A stretch of 60,740 nucleotides of DNA, counting the filler. It is 4 parts of 4 records of this genome, joined end to end, with 100 filler letters (N's around TTAATTAATTAA, not from the genome) between each part and the next. Parts side by side here need not be neighbours in the genome. Positions count along the whole stretch, not along the records: positions 15,130 to 46,618 come from SRR20825019_2812; 3 more parts are not named here. One strand, given 5' to 3'. Every line of letters begins with the position of its first letter. Position 1 is the stretch's first letter. The notes under the pieces were generated by a model, which did no database searches, was not told where the DNA came from, and saw only the letters and a program-made list of their open reading frames with translations. The translations under genes and the position numbers were made by a program. Below, piece by piece: positions 29,873 to 40,474 of this stretch.

Positions 29873-32155
29873 TCAATACAATTTCAATGTTTTTAAAGTT
29901 TCGAATGCATCCACATATTCAGTAAGCTTCGTCACCAACGCAAGTATTTCTTCCGATTTCGCCTTTGGAAATAGTTTATTGATCTGATCGAGTGACTGTC
30001 TAACTGCTTCTTCCGCTTCGGTTTTGTTTCCTTTCTCATAGTTTTCCGCCATCACTTTCATAGATTGATTGGCGATGGCAACTGCGAGAATTTTTTTGTG
30101 TTCTTTGTCGAGGCTCATGTCCAATTCACCTGTGGCGTCTGTCCATTCTGGATGAATTTTCTTCTCCATTCGAACTTCTTTTTTCGTGTCTGGATCGATG
30201 TAACTGAGGGTAACAACCACTTTTTCATTGATAATTTCTCTCGTTGGATTAATTAAATCAAACTTTATCAGCGCCATTTCATTCAGTCCAGGGAAGAGAT
30301 GAGGAATCGCAACGGTCATCTTGCCAGAAGTCACTTTCTCTTGCGAATAACCGAACAATTGACGATACACAATTTGGTCATTGTATTTCACTTCGAGCAT
30401 TGCCTTTTCTGCGATAGGATAAAGAATGGATTGAAGCTCGTTCATGAATGCTGATTGAATATTGCTTCCAGTTCCTGCGAAATGCATTAATCCTCCACCC
30501 GCAGAGGCCAATTGCGACAATAATTCCTGATTGTAGTCCGTGCCAACACCGACAGCCGACAGTTCAATTCCTTTACTTATGTTAGATTTCGCCATGGCGA
30601 TGACTTCTAATGGTGGTCGAGAACCATAACCGTCTGTGAGTAGAATTACACGATCCACATAACCTTTTGAAGCGTTCTTCGCAACCTCCTTGAACCCAAG
30701 TTCCAAGCCATCGTAAATAACCGTTCCACCACCAGCTTCTATGGCGTAAATGATATCAATGACCTTCTTTTTATCTCCAATTGGAGCTGCAGGAACCGCA
30801 ACGGTACTTTGATCGTCGAATACAATCACAGAAACGATGTCATTTTCTTCTAATTGTTGAACAAAAAGAATCATCGCTTTTTTCAATTCATCTATTCGAT
30901 CTTCGCCCATCATGGAACCGCTTTTATCCACCACAAAACAGATGTTCAGCGGAGTTGGATTTTTCCTTCCGAGTTTAGATTTAACTTTCAAGCCAATTTC
31001 GAGCAAGGCTTCTTTAGATTGACTATTGAATTTATTTCCCCAGTTCAAATAGAAATCAATATTGCCATTCACAGGCTCCGGATATTGCTTATCTACAAAA
31101 TTTTGAACGTCGTAAGCGACGAGGTCTTTTACTTTTGGAATAAAGTTCTCGATGTTTTGTAAGCGGGGATCAGGAGTATACAAAACAGAAATCGTTTGTT
31201 CCGCGATTCCTTTTACCTGAGAAAGATCTATTTGACTCGCATCGCGTTGGTAAGTAAAATCGATGAAATACTTTTGTTTGATAGGAAGCATGAGTATCGC
31301 TTCACCTTGATCGTTCGTTTTCACTTTATACACGTCGTTCGATTTCAGCATGCGAACGTAAACGTCTTCATTAATTCCGCCATTTTCTCCACCCCGCACT
31401 TTTAGTTTTATTTTCGCGTGCGAAGAACTAGGCTTGATATCTTTCGTGGCATTTTGAACAATAAATTTATCCTCTTTTTTCTCCTTGAAATCGCGCGGTT
31501 GATACAACATGCTCATCGTTGTATTCATCGGAAGGGGAGAAAGCGCAAGTCTTCGGATAGATTCTACGCCATCAATGTCTATTTCGTATTCTAATCCAAC
31601 GGGAATTTTAAACATTGCCGCCCCACTGTTGTTGGTGCGAGAAGTATAAATTGTTTTTGTCGCAAAATTACAGAGTTTGACTTCTACGCCTGGATATACT
31701 TTTTTCGATCGATCTTGTAAAACAATGTTGAGGATCGTCTCCTTCGCCGTTGGTTCTTCCATCGGGCTAATTCTATCCTGAGCTACTTCGAGAAAATCGA
31801 TGGTTCTACGATCGGGGACAGATTTATTTTGCAACGCATAATTTTCAGGGTCATACGTAAAAACATCATTCGCCGAACCTCTTCGCGTCCCTTCAATTTT
31901 TATACAATTTCGCATGTCTCCAATAGATCCAACCCAACTTCCGTAGGTGAAAGTGTGCGTTAATTTCCCTTGATTATCCGTTTTAAGCGGTAAATGCTCG
32001 TAAGAAGTAGTTTCAATGAATACTACGTCCCGATTCACGTCAGGAGTTCCCTTGGTTGTTTTTACAGCAAGGGAGTATAGAAATTCGCGATCTTGAGCAT
32101 ACGAGAAACCAGAAATAATAAAACAGAGGAAAAGAGTAGAGAGTAATGCTTTCAT
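29873..32155 (-). CDS. Exported vWA-domain protein (YfbK-like) with N-terminal beta-sandwich repeats
   Basis: MIDAS motif VDKSGSM, GGTVIYDGL, LLTDG; signal peptide. Confidence 0.85.
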   Translation of the reverse strand: MKALLSTLFLCFIISGFSYAQDREFLYSLAVKTTKGTPDVNRDVVFIETTSYEHLPLKTDNQGKLTHTFTYGSWVGSIGDMRNCIKIEGTRRGSANDVFTYDPENYALQNKSVPDRRTIDFLEVAQDRISPMEEPTAKETILNIVLQDRSKKVYPGVEVKLCNFATKTIYTSRTNNSGAAMFKIPVGLEYEIDIDGVESIRRLALSPLPMNTTMSMLYQPRDFKEKKEDKFIVQNATKDIKPSSSHAKIKLKVRGGENGGINEDVYVRMLKSNDVYKVKTNDQGEAILMLPIKQKYFIDFTYQRDASQIDLSQVKGIAEQTISVLYTPDPRLQNIENFIPKVKDLVAYDVQNFVDKQYPEPVNGNIDFYLNWGNKFNSQSKEALLEIGLKVKSKLGRKNPTPLNICFVVDKSGSMMGEDRIDELKKAMILFVQQLEENDIVSVIVFDDQSTVAVPAAPIGDKKKVIDIIYAIEAGGGTVIYDGLELGFKEVAKNASKGYVDRVILLTDGYGSRPPLEVIAMAKSNISKGIELSAVGVGTDYNQELLSQLASAGGGLMHFAGTGSNIQSAFMNELQSILYPIAEKAMLEVKYNDQIVYRQLFGYSQEKVTSGKMTVAIPHLFPGLNEMALIKFDLINPTREIINEKVVVTLSYIDPDTKKEVRMEKKIHPEWTDATGELDMSLDKEHKKILAVAIANQSMKVMAENYEKGNKTEAEEAVRQSLDQINKLFPKAKSEEILALVTKLTEYVDAFETLKTLKLY

Positions 32156-32209
32156 AGAAGAGAATTAAGGTCTGTACCGAATATAAGTAATTCGACGATA
32201 AATCGTTAC

Positions 32210-32246
32210 AAAAAAATCCCGCTACGAAAATTTCGCAGCAGGATTT
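32210..32246 (-). terminator. Terminator after sppA
   Basis: AAAAAAATCCCGCTACGAA-AAT-TTCGCAGCAGGATTT. Confidence 0.7.
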
Positions 32247-32272
32247 CTGATTGATTTATTTAAACTGAAAGT

Positions 32273-34066
32273 CTAGTTGATTGATACCTCGTAAGGCAAG
32301 CGCATTTGAATTCCTGTCAATGATTCAATGTGCTTCAATCGCTCGTAGTATTTAACTAATTCCTCTGGAAGTGCAGGAGAAGAAGATTTTACAGAAACAT
32401 TTTCTTGCTCTTCTAATTGCTCGAAGAATTCTCCAAGCTTATCTTCTTTCACGAAAGGATAATAAACCACTTTTGGCTTCTTGATTCCTGCTTTTTCCGC
32501 TGCGAAAGCGATCGCATCTTTTAATCCTCCGAGTTCATCTACCAAGCCGATTTTTTTCGCATCTGCACCTGTCCAAACTCGACCACGTGCAATCACGTTT
32601 ACTTCTTCTTTCGACATTCCTCTTCCTTCGGCTACAACGCCTTTAAATTGATCGTATATTTCGTCAACGCTTTTTTGGATCATCAACAATTCTTCAGGAG
32701 TTAATCGACGGTTTGTTGTTAGAATTGAATGCTTATTTGTCTGAGCACGATCGAAGGTGATTCCCAATTTGTTTTCGAGCATTTTTCCTGTGTAGGGAAT
32801 TACTCCGAAAACTCCGATTGAACCAGTGATAGTTGTTGGCTCCGCAAATATTGTACTTGCAGGTGCAGCGATGTAGTATCCACCTGAAGCTGCTACATCT
32901 CCCATAGAAACGACAACTTTTTTCACAGCGTTGGTGAGTTTTACTTCTCTCCAAATCTCGTCACTCGCAAGTGCGCTTCCACCTGGGCTGTTAATTCTGA
33001 ATACTACTGTTTTCACAGAAGGATTGTTTCTCGCCTTTCTGAACAATTCACAAATGTCATCCGAAGTAAGTCCATCTCCTGATTTGGAAACACCACCTTC
33101 TGCCAAAATAACGGCAATGTTCGGTTGATCCGCTTGCGTTAAAACTTGTGCTTGATAGAATTTCTTTTTTGCGTATTTCTCGAAATCATAAAACTGAACA
33201 TCCTCCGATTTTTTCACGTTGACTTTACCAGCAATAATCTTTACCACTTCATCACGGTATTTCGCAGCATCAATCAATTTTGATTTCACGGCATCTTTAA
33301 CACTAATGATTTCAGCATTTTCAGCAAGTTGATCTAATTTTTGAGGTGTTAATTTTCGATCCTTAGCGATGTCATTTCTCATTTCCTCCCAAAGTGAAGA
33401 AAGGTAGCGTTCAATTTGAACACGAGAAGAATCACTCATTTCCGTTCTGAAAAATGGTTCTACCGCACTCTTGAAATCGTTGTCTGATCCACGAATAACT
33501 TGCATTTCAACATCCAATTTATCCAATGTGTTTTTGAAGAAACTCAATTCAGCTCCCAATCCTAAAAATTCCATATTCGAAGAAGGAAAACCGTAATTCT
33601 CATTCGCCGCAGATGATACATAGTATTCTTTAAGTGAAATTGCTTCGCCTGAATTGTAGGCAATGACGAATTTCCCAGAAGATTCAAAATCATTGATTGC
33701 TTTTCTAATTTCTCGGGCTGTGGCAACACCGCATTGAAGCTGATCAATTTCAATGAAAATACCTTTTACTTTTTTATCTGTCTTTGCATTCTCTAGTCCA
33801 TAAAGGATATCAGCAAGACCAATCTTCTTATCAATATCAAAGCTCATCGGATTAAATTTGCTTTGGCCACGCTCAGCGATCATTCCTTTCAACTGCATGT
33901 GAAGCACAGACTTCTCTTTGATTTGACCAGAATCGGTATTGTTAAAGCTACTTACGAAGCTTCCGATTACCACCAGCCAAATGATTATTCCAACAACCGA
34001 TACCGTTAAGGCAGCCCAGAGGCTCGGCCAAAATATTCTTCCAAATGTTACTTTTCTTTCTGACAT
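32273..34066 (-). CDS. sppA: Signal peptide peptidase SppA (67K type)
   Basis: RINSPGGSALAS, SMGDVAASGGY, TITGSIGV, GRVWTG. Confidence 0.95.
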   Translation of the reverse strand: MSERKVTFGRIFWPSLWAALTVSVVGIIIWLVVIGSFVSSFNNTDSGQIKEKSVLHMQLKGMIAERGQSKFNPMSFDIDKKIGLADILYGLENAKTDKKVKGIFIEIDQLQCGVATAREIRKAINDFESSGKFVIAYNSGEAISLKEYYVSSAANENYGFPSSNMEFLGLGAELSFFKNTLDKLDVEMQVIRGSDNDFKSAVEPFFRTEMSDSSRVQIERYLSSLWEEMRNDIAKDRKLTPQKLDQLAENAEIISVKDAVKSKLIDAAKYRDEVVKIIAGKVNVKKSEDVQFYDFEKYAKKKFYQAQVLTQADQPNIAVILAEGGVSKSGDGLTSDDICELFRKARNNPSVKTVVFRINSPGGSALASDEIWREVKLTNAVKKVVVSMGDVAASGGYYIAAPASTIFAEPTTITGSIGVFGVIPYTGKMLENKLGITFDRAQTNKHSILTTNRRLTPEELLMIQKSVDEIYDQFKGVVAEGRGMSKEEVNVIARGRVWTGADAKKIGLVDELGGLKDAIAFAAEKAGIKKPKVVYYPFVKEDKLGEFFEQLEEQENVSVKSSSPALPEELVKYYERLKHIESLTGIQMRLPYEVSIN

Positions 34067-34253
34067 GTATATTTTTTTTTGCAAGGTTCTATGCGTAAAG
34101 TTAACAAGAGAAGAGATCAAAAAAATAGCGAAATAGTATAGGTGGCTTGATTGGCTACTTAACGGGACTAATTCACTTGATGAACGAAATTAGGTAGGCG
34201 AGTTAACCCGAAAACTGGAAAAAAGTCACTAAATTGCGTAGAACTATAGAACT

Positions 34254-36635
34254 ATGAAAATGAAAACTACACTCTCGCTTTTAGCGTTTGTTTCGTTGGC
34301 TGGACTCTCCTTTGGTCAATTGAAATACTCCAAAGTAAAAATCTATGCAGATGCAGATGGATTGCAGCATTTAGCCGAATTAGGCGTTGCAGTTGATCAC
34401 GGAATCTCTAAGAAAAACACCTTTTTTATTAGTGATTTCTCTTCGGATGAAATTGCAACAATGTCGTCCAACGGCTATTCCTTTGAAATTTTAATTGATG
34501 ATGTAAAGGCATATTATGCTGAGCATTCGAAAGATGCGCCAGCAAAAAATGTCAACTGCTCTCAAGCGACGAGTGGTGGATTCAATCCTACCGTTCCAGC
34601 GGGACACTTTGAGAATAGCTCTTACGCTGGATTTTATCGTTATCAGGATATGCTTGATGCGCTAGATGATATGGCAGCTCAGTATCCGAACCTTATTTCA
34701 GCAAGAGCACCGATTGGTCCAAATGGAAACACGTTTTTAACTAATGAAAACAGACCTATTTACTACGTAAAGATTTCTGACAATCCTTCAACGGCCGAGA
34801 CAGAACCAAAAGTATTGTATACGGCTGTTCATCACGCACGTGAGCCTCTATCAATGAGCCAAACGATTTTCTACATGTGGTATTTGTTAGAAAACTATTC
34901 TACAAGTGATGAGGTGAAATTTTTGGTCGATAACACAGAAATGTTCTTCGTGCCATGTATTAATCCTGATGGATATTTAGAAAACGAAGCAAATGATCCG
35001 AATGGTTTCGGAATGCACAGAAAGAATAAGCGTAATGTCGGCACAACGAATCCAGGTGTTGATTTAAACAGAAATTACTCTTACGGATGGAATACAACTG
35101 GGGTTAGTGGTAATGTAAATAATGATACATATCCTGGAACTTCTGCTTTCTCTGAGCCAGAGACACAAGCGATGAAATGGATGTATGAGACTTATGGATT
35201 CAAATTAGCATCGAACTCACATACTTATGGAGATTTGTTGCTTCATCCAATTGGAACGACAGTTGGCGAATTTGCAGATCATCACGATTACTTTCAAGAT
35301 TTTACCGCACACATGGCAATGTATAACAATTATGTGTATCAAAAGAGCTCTGGGCTTTACGCAGCATCTGGAGATTCTGATGATTATGCCTACAAAGTAG
35401 ATATTGGCGTTGGAATTAAAGACACTGTCTTCGCCATTACACCTGAAGTAGGTGATGCATTTTGGCCAGCACAAGGATTAATTGTTCCAACATGTCTAGA
35501 AATGGTTCACCCAAACTTGGTATTGTCGCATTTGGCACATAAATATCTCATAATTAAAGATACTGATCCTTCTTCGGTTTCTTCAATGACAGGAAATTTC
35601 AATCATGAAGCACATCGTCTAGGTTTACAATCTGGGGCGATTACTGTTTCTTGCGAACCATTAACGGGAATTCAATCTGTTGGGACATCAATTTCTTACG
35701 ATCTTGGAATTAGCCAAACAACAAACGGATCGTTTTCTTACGTACTTGATCCAGCAATTCAGTTTGGGGATGAAATCAAATACGTTCTAAACACAGAATA
35801 TGGTGCATGGACACACAGAGATACAATAACAAAAACATTTGGATTATTGACCTTGCAAGCATCAGATGATGCCGAATCAGGAACGTCTAACTGGTCAGGA
35901 AACTGGGGGATTACTGGTTCTGAGTTTTACTCACCATCCAAAAGTTTTGCAGATAGTCCTTCTGGAAATTACTCAAACAACACAACTAAAACTTATGAGT
36001 ATAACCAAGCGATCGATTTAACAGCGGCTACTGGAGCTCAAATTACCTACTACGCGAAGTGGAATATTGAGCCAGATTACGATTATTGTCAATTTCAAGT
36101 GTCTACAAATGGAGGTACTTCTTGGATTGGTCAATGTGGCAACTATACTGTTCTTGGAAATGGTAGTGTAGGCGGTGTTCAACCAGATGGAGAGCCTGTA
36201 TATGAATCAGTACAGAACAATTGGGTTCTAGAGCAAATTAATTTGAGCGATTATCTTGGACAGTCAATTAAAGTGAGATTTATTCTTGAGTCGGATGGTG
36301 GATTAACAGAAAATGGATTCTTCTTTGACGACTTCAAAATTAGTTACGATGCTCAAGATACGTCTTCGAATAGCATTGATGAATATTCATTTGATGTGAA
36401 AACAATTCCAAACCCAGCAAACGGACAAGCAATAGTTAGCTTTTCAAAAGTTGTTTCGAATGGCGCGCTTAAAGTATATAATCAAGCTGGACAGCTAGTC
36501 GTTTTCCAAGAAATCACGGAACAAACGAATATGTTAACGGTGAATACATCTAAACTTCCAGAAGGAATGTATTTAGTGTATATTGAAGAACTTGGTGCAG
36601 CGGTAAAACCAGTAAAATTGGTGGTGATTCACTAA
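34254..36635 (+). CDS. M14 zinc carboxypeptidase (carboxypeptidase T-like), T9SS cargo
   Basis: HHAREP, NPDG, GVDLNRNY, FSEPET; C-terminal PNPA...LPEGMYLV sorting domain. Confidence 0.9.
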   Translation: MKMKTTLSLLAFVSLAGLSFGQLKYSKVKIYADADGLQHLAELGVAVDHGISKKNTFFISDFSSDEIATMSSNGYSFEILIDDVKAYYAEHSKDAPAKNVNCSQATSGGFNPTVPAGHFENSSYAGFYRYQDMLDALDDMAAQYPNLISARAPIGPNGNTFLTNENRPIYYVKISDNPSTAETEPKVLYTAVHHAREPLSMSQTIFYMWYLLENYSTSDEVKFLVDNTEMFFVPCINPDGYLENEANDPNGFGMHRKNKRNVGTTNPGVDLNRNYSYGWNTTGVSGNVNNDTYPGTSAFSEPETQAMKWMYETYGFKLASNSHTYGDLLLHPIGTTVGEFADHHDYFQDFTAHMAMYNNYVYQKSSGLYAASGDSDDYAYKVDIGVGIKDTVFAITPEVGDAFWPAQGLIVPTCLEMVHPNLVLSHLAHKYLIIKDTDPSSVSSMTGNFNHEAHRLGLQSGAITVSCEPLTGIQSVGTSISYDLGISQTTNGSFSYVLDPAIQFGDEIKYVLNTEYGAWTHRDTITKTFGLLTLQASDDAESGTSNWSGNWGITGSEFYSPSKSFADSPSGNYSNNTTKTYEYNQAIDLTAATGAQITYYAKWNIEPDYDYCQFQVSTNGGTSWIGQCGNYTVLGNGSVGGVQPDGEPVYESVQNNWVLEQINLSDYLGQSIKVRFILESDGGLTENGFFFDDFKISYDAQDTSSNSIDEYSFDVKTIPNPANGQAIVSFSKVVSNGALKVYNQAGQLVVFQEITEQTNMLTVNTSKLPEGMYLVYIEELGAAVKPVKLVVIH

Positions 36636-36654
36636 AATCAATATTTTTAGAATT

Positions 36655-36689
36655 GAAATCCTCTCTTGGCAACAGGAGGGGATTTTTTT
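36655..36689 (+). terminator. Rho-independent terminator
   Basis: AAATCCTCTCTTG-GCAA-CAGGAGGGGATTT followed by a T run. Confidence 0.75.
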
Positions 36690-36933
36690 GTGGGCTTCGG
36701 CTCCGCTAAGCCCACTTTAGAGAACTTCAGTCACGATTGGTTTTGTTTTACAGGGAAATAATGGGTGGGCTTCGACTTCGCTCAGCCCACTTTTTAGAAC
36801 TTCAGCCCACTTTCGAGAGTCTCAGCACGCAGTTAGCTTTGGTTGAAAAGAAAAGAATTTGAAGTGGGCTGAGCGGAGTCGAAGCCCACGTAATATGAAT
36901 TAACGAAAACGGCAGCTGAGCGAAGTCGAAGCT
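36690..36933. repeat. Cluster of REP-like palindromic repeats
   Basis: GTGGGCTTCG(G/A)CT(C/T)CGCT(A/C)AGCCCAC at 36690-36715 and 36765-36790; inverted copies at 36864-36889 and 36914-36933. Confidence 0.85.
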
Positions 36934-37522
36934 AGCCGTGCATCGTTTCAGACTTCCCGTATTTCTCCATCAAGGTCGCTTCGAATGCCAGAAATGCTTC
37001 CCAACGAGCGTTTACATCTATTTTACCGCCATATTTTCTAGCCAAACCTAGAAATGTAGTATAATGACGAGCTTCGCTTTCCATTAAACTCCAATAAAAT
37101 TCTTTTAGGTCTGGGTCGGTCATTTCTTCAGAGAGAATCTTAAAACGCTCGCAACTTCTCGCTTCTACCATGGCAGAAAAGAGCATTTTGTTCACAAAGC
37201 GACTCACATGCGAATCTCCACCGTAATTTACATTGAGGTGTTTGATCAAATCACCCACATACGGATCAGCTCTTTCTTCCCCAAGCTCAAAACCGCGTTC
37301 TACAATTTTTGCATGAACCATCCCAAAATGTTCCATTTCTTCCACTGCAATTTCAGTCATTGCTTGCACAACTTCCGGATGTTCAGGGAATTTTACAATC
37401 GTTGAAATAGCATTGCTCGCGGCTTTTTGTTCACAGTAGGCATGATCTGTTAGAATTTCAGAAACATTTTTTTCTACAATATTCACCCATCTTGGGTCGG
37501 TAGGAAGTTTTAATCCGAGCAT
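36932..37522 (-). CDS. miaE: tRNA-(ms2io6A)-hydroxylase
   Basis: LTDHAYCEQKAA, EEMEHF, EARSCERF, SEARHY di-iron motifs. Confidence 0.92.
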   Translation of the reverse strand: MLGLKLPTDPRWVNIVEKNVSEILTDHAYCEQKAASNAISTIVKFPEHPEVVQAMTEIAVEEMEHFGMVHAKIVERGFELGEERADPYVGDLIKHLNVNYGGDSHVSRFVNKMLFSAMVEARSCERFKILSEEMTDPDLKEFYWSLMESEARHYTTFLGLARKYGGKIDVNARWEAFLAFEATLMEKYGKSETMHG

Positions 37523-37608
37523 AATCGACTATTTCATGTAAAGTTAATGCATGGATCGCTTTACAAGGAAGGATTATTTAATAATTTTAAGGAATCTAAA
37601 TTGAATCA

Positions 37609-39246
37609 ATGAAACAACTCAGCATTCTTACTCTCATATTCCTCAGTTTTACTGGAAAGGCTCAACAACTTGAATCTCCTAAATTGGTGGTCGGAATTGT
37701 TGTAGATCAAATGTGCTACGAATATTTGTATCGCTACCATGATAAATTTTGCGAAGGCGGTTTCCGTAAATTAATGACGGAAGGAACGAATTGCAGAAAT
37801 ACGGCATACAACTACATTCCGACTTATACTGGACCTGGGCATGCCTCTATTTATACAGGAACAACTCCGAACAATCACGGAATTGTTGCCAACGATTGGT
37901 TTGATCGAGAGTCTAATGCTGAGGTGAATTGCGTCGAAGATACAACGGTGAAAACAGTAGGTTCTGCATCTACTTATGGTGTGTTTTCTCCAAATCGACT
38001 AAAAGCTAATACAATTACCGATCAGCTAAAGTTAACGTATCCTGAAGCAAAGGTGATTTCAATGTCAATTAAAAACCGTGGGGCGATTCTGCCTGGCGGT
38101 CACCTGAGCGATGGTTCTTATTGGTATGATTACAAAACGGGGGATTTTATTACGAGTACCTTCTATGAGAATACTTTGCCGGCATGGGTAAACGATTTCA
38201 ATCAAAAGGATTACGTAGAAAAAATCTTAGAAGGAGAGTGGAATACAATTATGGACATAGGCCTCTATGCAGAGAGCGACATTGATAATAGTCCTTACGA
38301 ACATTTACTTCCAGGGAAAGAAACCCCGACTTTTCCCTACAATTTGAAGGAAATGACCAAAGATTCGTTGAACTATGGTTTGTTTACGTACACACCTTTC
38401 GCGAATACATATTTGACGGATTTTGCACTTGCATCCATTGACCCAAATGCTCTCGGGGAGGATGATCAAACGGATATGCTTTGTATCAGTTATTCAACAC
38501 CGGATATTATTGGTCACGCGTTTGGACCTTACTCAATTGAAATTGAAGACACATACTTGCGCCTTGACTTGGAGATTAAAAAGTTAATTAAGCAACTAGA
38601 AGCGAAAGTAGGAAAGGATGAGTTTGTTATCTTTTTGACAGCCGATCACGCGGTTGTTCCTGTTCCACAGTACTTAATCGATAAAAAGTTACCTGGAGGA
38701 TATTTCTTTTTAGAGGAACATTTGGCGCAATTGAAAACAGATTTAACAAGCGAGTACGGAAAGGATTTACTGTTGTATGAAGACAATTTGAATATTTATT
38801 TAAATCATGACAGAATTGATTCACTTGGGGTGAATTTATCGGAGGTTCAAACGTTCGTTTCTAGAAAAATTCAACACTGGAAAGGTGTAAAACGCTCATT
38901 CACTGCGGATCAATTATATGAAACGGGATTTGATGACGAGTGGAGAGATATGGTAACAAAAGGATTCCATCATGAAGAAAGTGGTGACGTATTGTTCATT
39001 CTCGAAGCGGGTTACTTACCGAAATCGGCTGATTCTGAATTGGCGCGTAAAGGAACAAGTCATGGTTCTGCGTTCAGTTATGATACGCACGTTCCATTGC
39101 TTTGGTACGGTAAAGGAATTCCATCGAAAGAAGTAATTCGTCCAATAAACATTACGGATATCACGGCTACGTTAACGCACATGCTTTATTTGCAACGACC
39201 AAATATGTCAACGGGGAAACCTATTTTGGAAGTTCTTCAGAAATAG
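37609..39246 (+). CDS. pafA: Alkaline phosphatase, PafA type
   Basis: PKLVVGIVVDQM, PTYTGPGHASIYTG, LTADH, HGSAFSYDTHVPL. Confidence 0.88.
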   Translation: MKQLSILTLIFLSFTGKAQQLESPKLVVGIVVDQMCYEYLYRYHDKFCEGGFRKLMTEGTNCRNTAYNYIPTYTGPGHASIYTGTTPNNHGIVANDWFDRESNAEVNCVEDTTVKTVGSASTYGVFSPNRLKANTITDQLKLTYPEAKVISMSIKNRGAILPGGHLSDGSYWYDYKTGDFITSTFYENTLPAWVNDFNQKDYVEKILEGEWNTIMDIGLYAESDIDNSPYEHLLPGKETPTFPYNLKEMTKDSLNYGLFTYTPFANTYLTDFALASIDPNALGEDDQTDMLCISYSTPDIIGHAFGPYSIEIEDTYLRLDLEIKKLIKQLEAKVGKDEFVIFLTADHAVVPVPQYLIDKKLPGGYFFLEEHLAQLKTDLTSEYGKDLLLYEDNLNIYLNHDRIDSLGVNLSEVQTFVSRKIQHWKGVKRSFTADQLYETGFDDEWRDMVTKGFHHEESGDVLFILEAGYLPKSADSELARKGTSHGSAFSYDTHVPLLWYGKGIPSKEVIRPINITDITATLTHMLYLQRPNMSTGKPILEVLQK

Positions 39247-40474
39247 AACATTTCACTATTTGTGAACTGGATGTGTTTGCGAGTGCAATTCGACCAACTT
39301 TATGTCCTACGAGCCAATGAACGGTCGTTTCATCGCACAAAACAAGTGCATTCGACTTTTCATTCGCGTTGAGTTTGGCATCTTTTAGAATGTCAGAGAT
39401 GAGCTGAGTTCCTTTCATTCCAATGGGAGAAATACGATCGCCTTCAATTGGAGCACGCAAGAAAAGTTTTCCTTGAATGAACGAATTGTCTAGATAAATC
39501 TCATGCTTACTGAATGAAGTTGGCAGTTCATTGACTTCTTGAACTAAAAGCGAAACTGTTGGTTGTTCCAATCTTAGGAAGGTGAAACTATTTTCATCAT
39601 TCACAATCGCCAAGAATTTATCGTTTCGAAGTTCCAAGCGCTTTCCACGTGTTGAGTTTCTCAGTTTATCCAGTTCGCTCAGTTCATTTCCGCTGACTCC
39701 AAAATGTCTGAATAACTCAAATTTTTCTTCGCTAGAAAGTTGATCGAAGATTTCGAAGGTTAGTTGATTTTGTGCTTCAATTTTCTCTAAGAATGGAGCA
39801 ATAGATTTTTCAATCTCCTGTTGAGTGCGTTGAAATGCCGAGACCAATTCCAAGACGTGTGATTTCAAATCGGGTTGTTGCGCGTAAAGAGCAGGAAGTA
39901 TTTCGTTACGAAGGAAATTGCGGCGATACTTCGTTGTTGCATTCGATGCATCTTCACGCCAGGAAAGTTCTTTTTCTATGGCATATTCTTTTAGTTCATG
40001 CTTTGAAAACGAAAGGAGCGGACGGAGAAAATTTCCATTCTCTGAAGGCATACACGCCATTCCTAAAATCCCCGATTTTCGAGCCAAGTGGAGGAAAAAA
40101 GTTTCTACTTGATCATCCGCATGATGCGCAAGGAGCGTTTTTGAGCCATCGGAGCCTTTCATTTTCGCTTCAAACCAAGAATATCGAATCTCACGTGCGG
40201 ATTCTTGTAGGTTCTGAGTGGGATCAATCGACCCAAAAATATGTTCAAAGGGAATGTTCTTTTCTTGACAATACATTACCACACTTTGATGATCTAACTC
40301 TGAATCTTCTCCTCTGAGCTGGTAATTCACATGAAGAGCGGTTACATTAAACCCAAGTGAATAAAAGCTGTGCAAAAGAACCATTGAATCCAATCCACCG
40401 CTACAGGCAACAAAAAGCTGAATGTTTTTCAGGTGAGACCAGTGTTCAATAATATGCCGTTCAATTCTATGCAT
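39221..40474 (-). CDS. tilS: tRNA(Ile)-lysidine synthase
   Basis: SGGLDS, AHHADDQVET, RPLL, RRNFLR. Confidence 0.95.
   Translation of the reverse strand: MHRIERHIIEHWSHLKNIQLFVACSGGLDSMVLLHSFYSLGFNVTALHVNYQLRGEDSELDHQSVVMYCQEKNIPFEHIFGSIDPTQNLQESAREIRYSWFEAKMKGSDGSKTLLAHHADDQVETFFLHLARKSGILGMACMPSENGNFLRPLLSFSKHELKEYAIEKELSWREDASNATTKYRRNFLRNEILPALYAQQPDLKSHVLELVSAFQRTQQEIEKSIAPFLEKIEAQNQLTFEIFDQLSSEEKFELFRHFGVSGNELSELDKLRNSTRGKRLELRNDKFLAIVNDENSFTFLRLEQPTVSLLVQEVNELPTSFSKHEIYLDNSFIQGKLFLRAPIEGDRISPIGMKGTQLISDILKDAKLNANEKSNALVLCDETTVHWLVGHKVGRIALANTSSSQIVKCSISEELPK

Noticed and set aside
36690-36933. CRISPR array
   Set aside because: The repeats occur in both orientations with irregular spacing and no cas genes, which fits REP elements.
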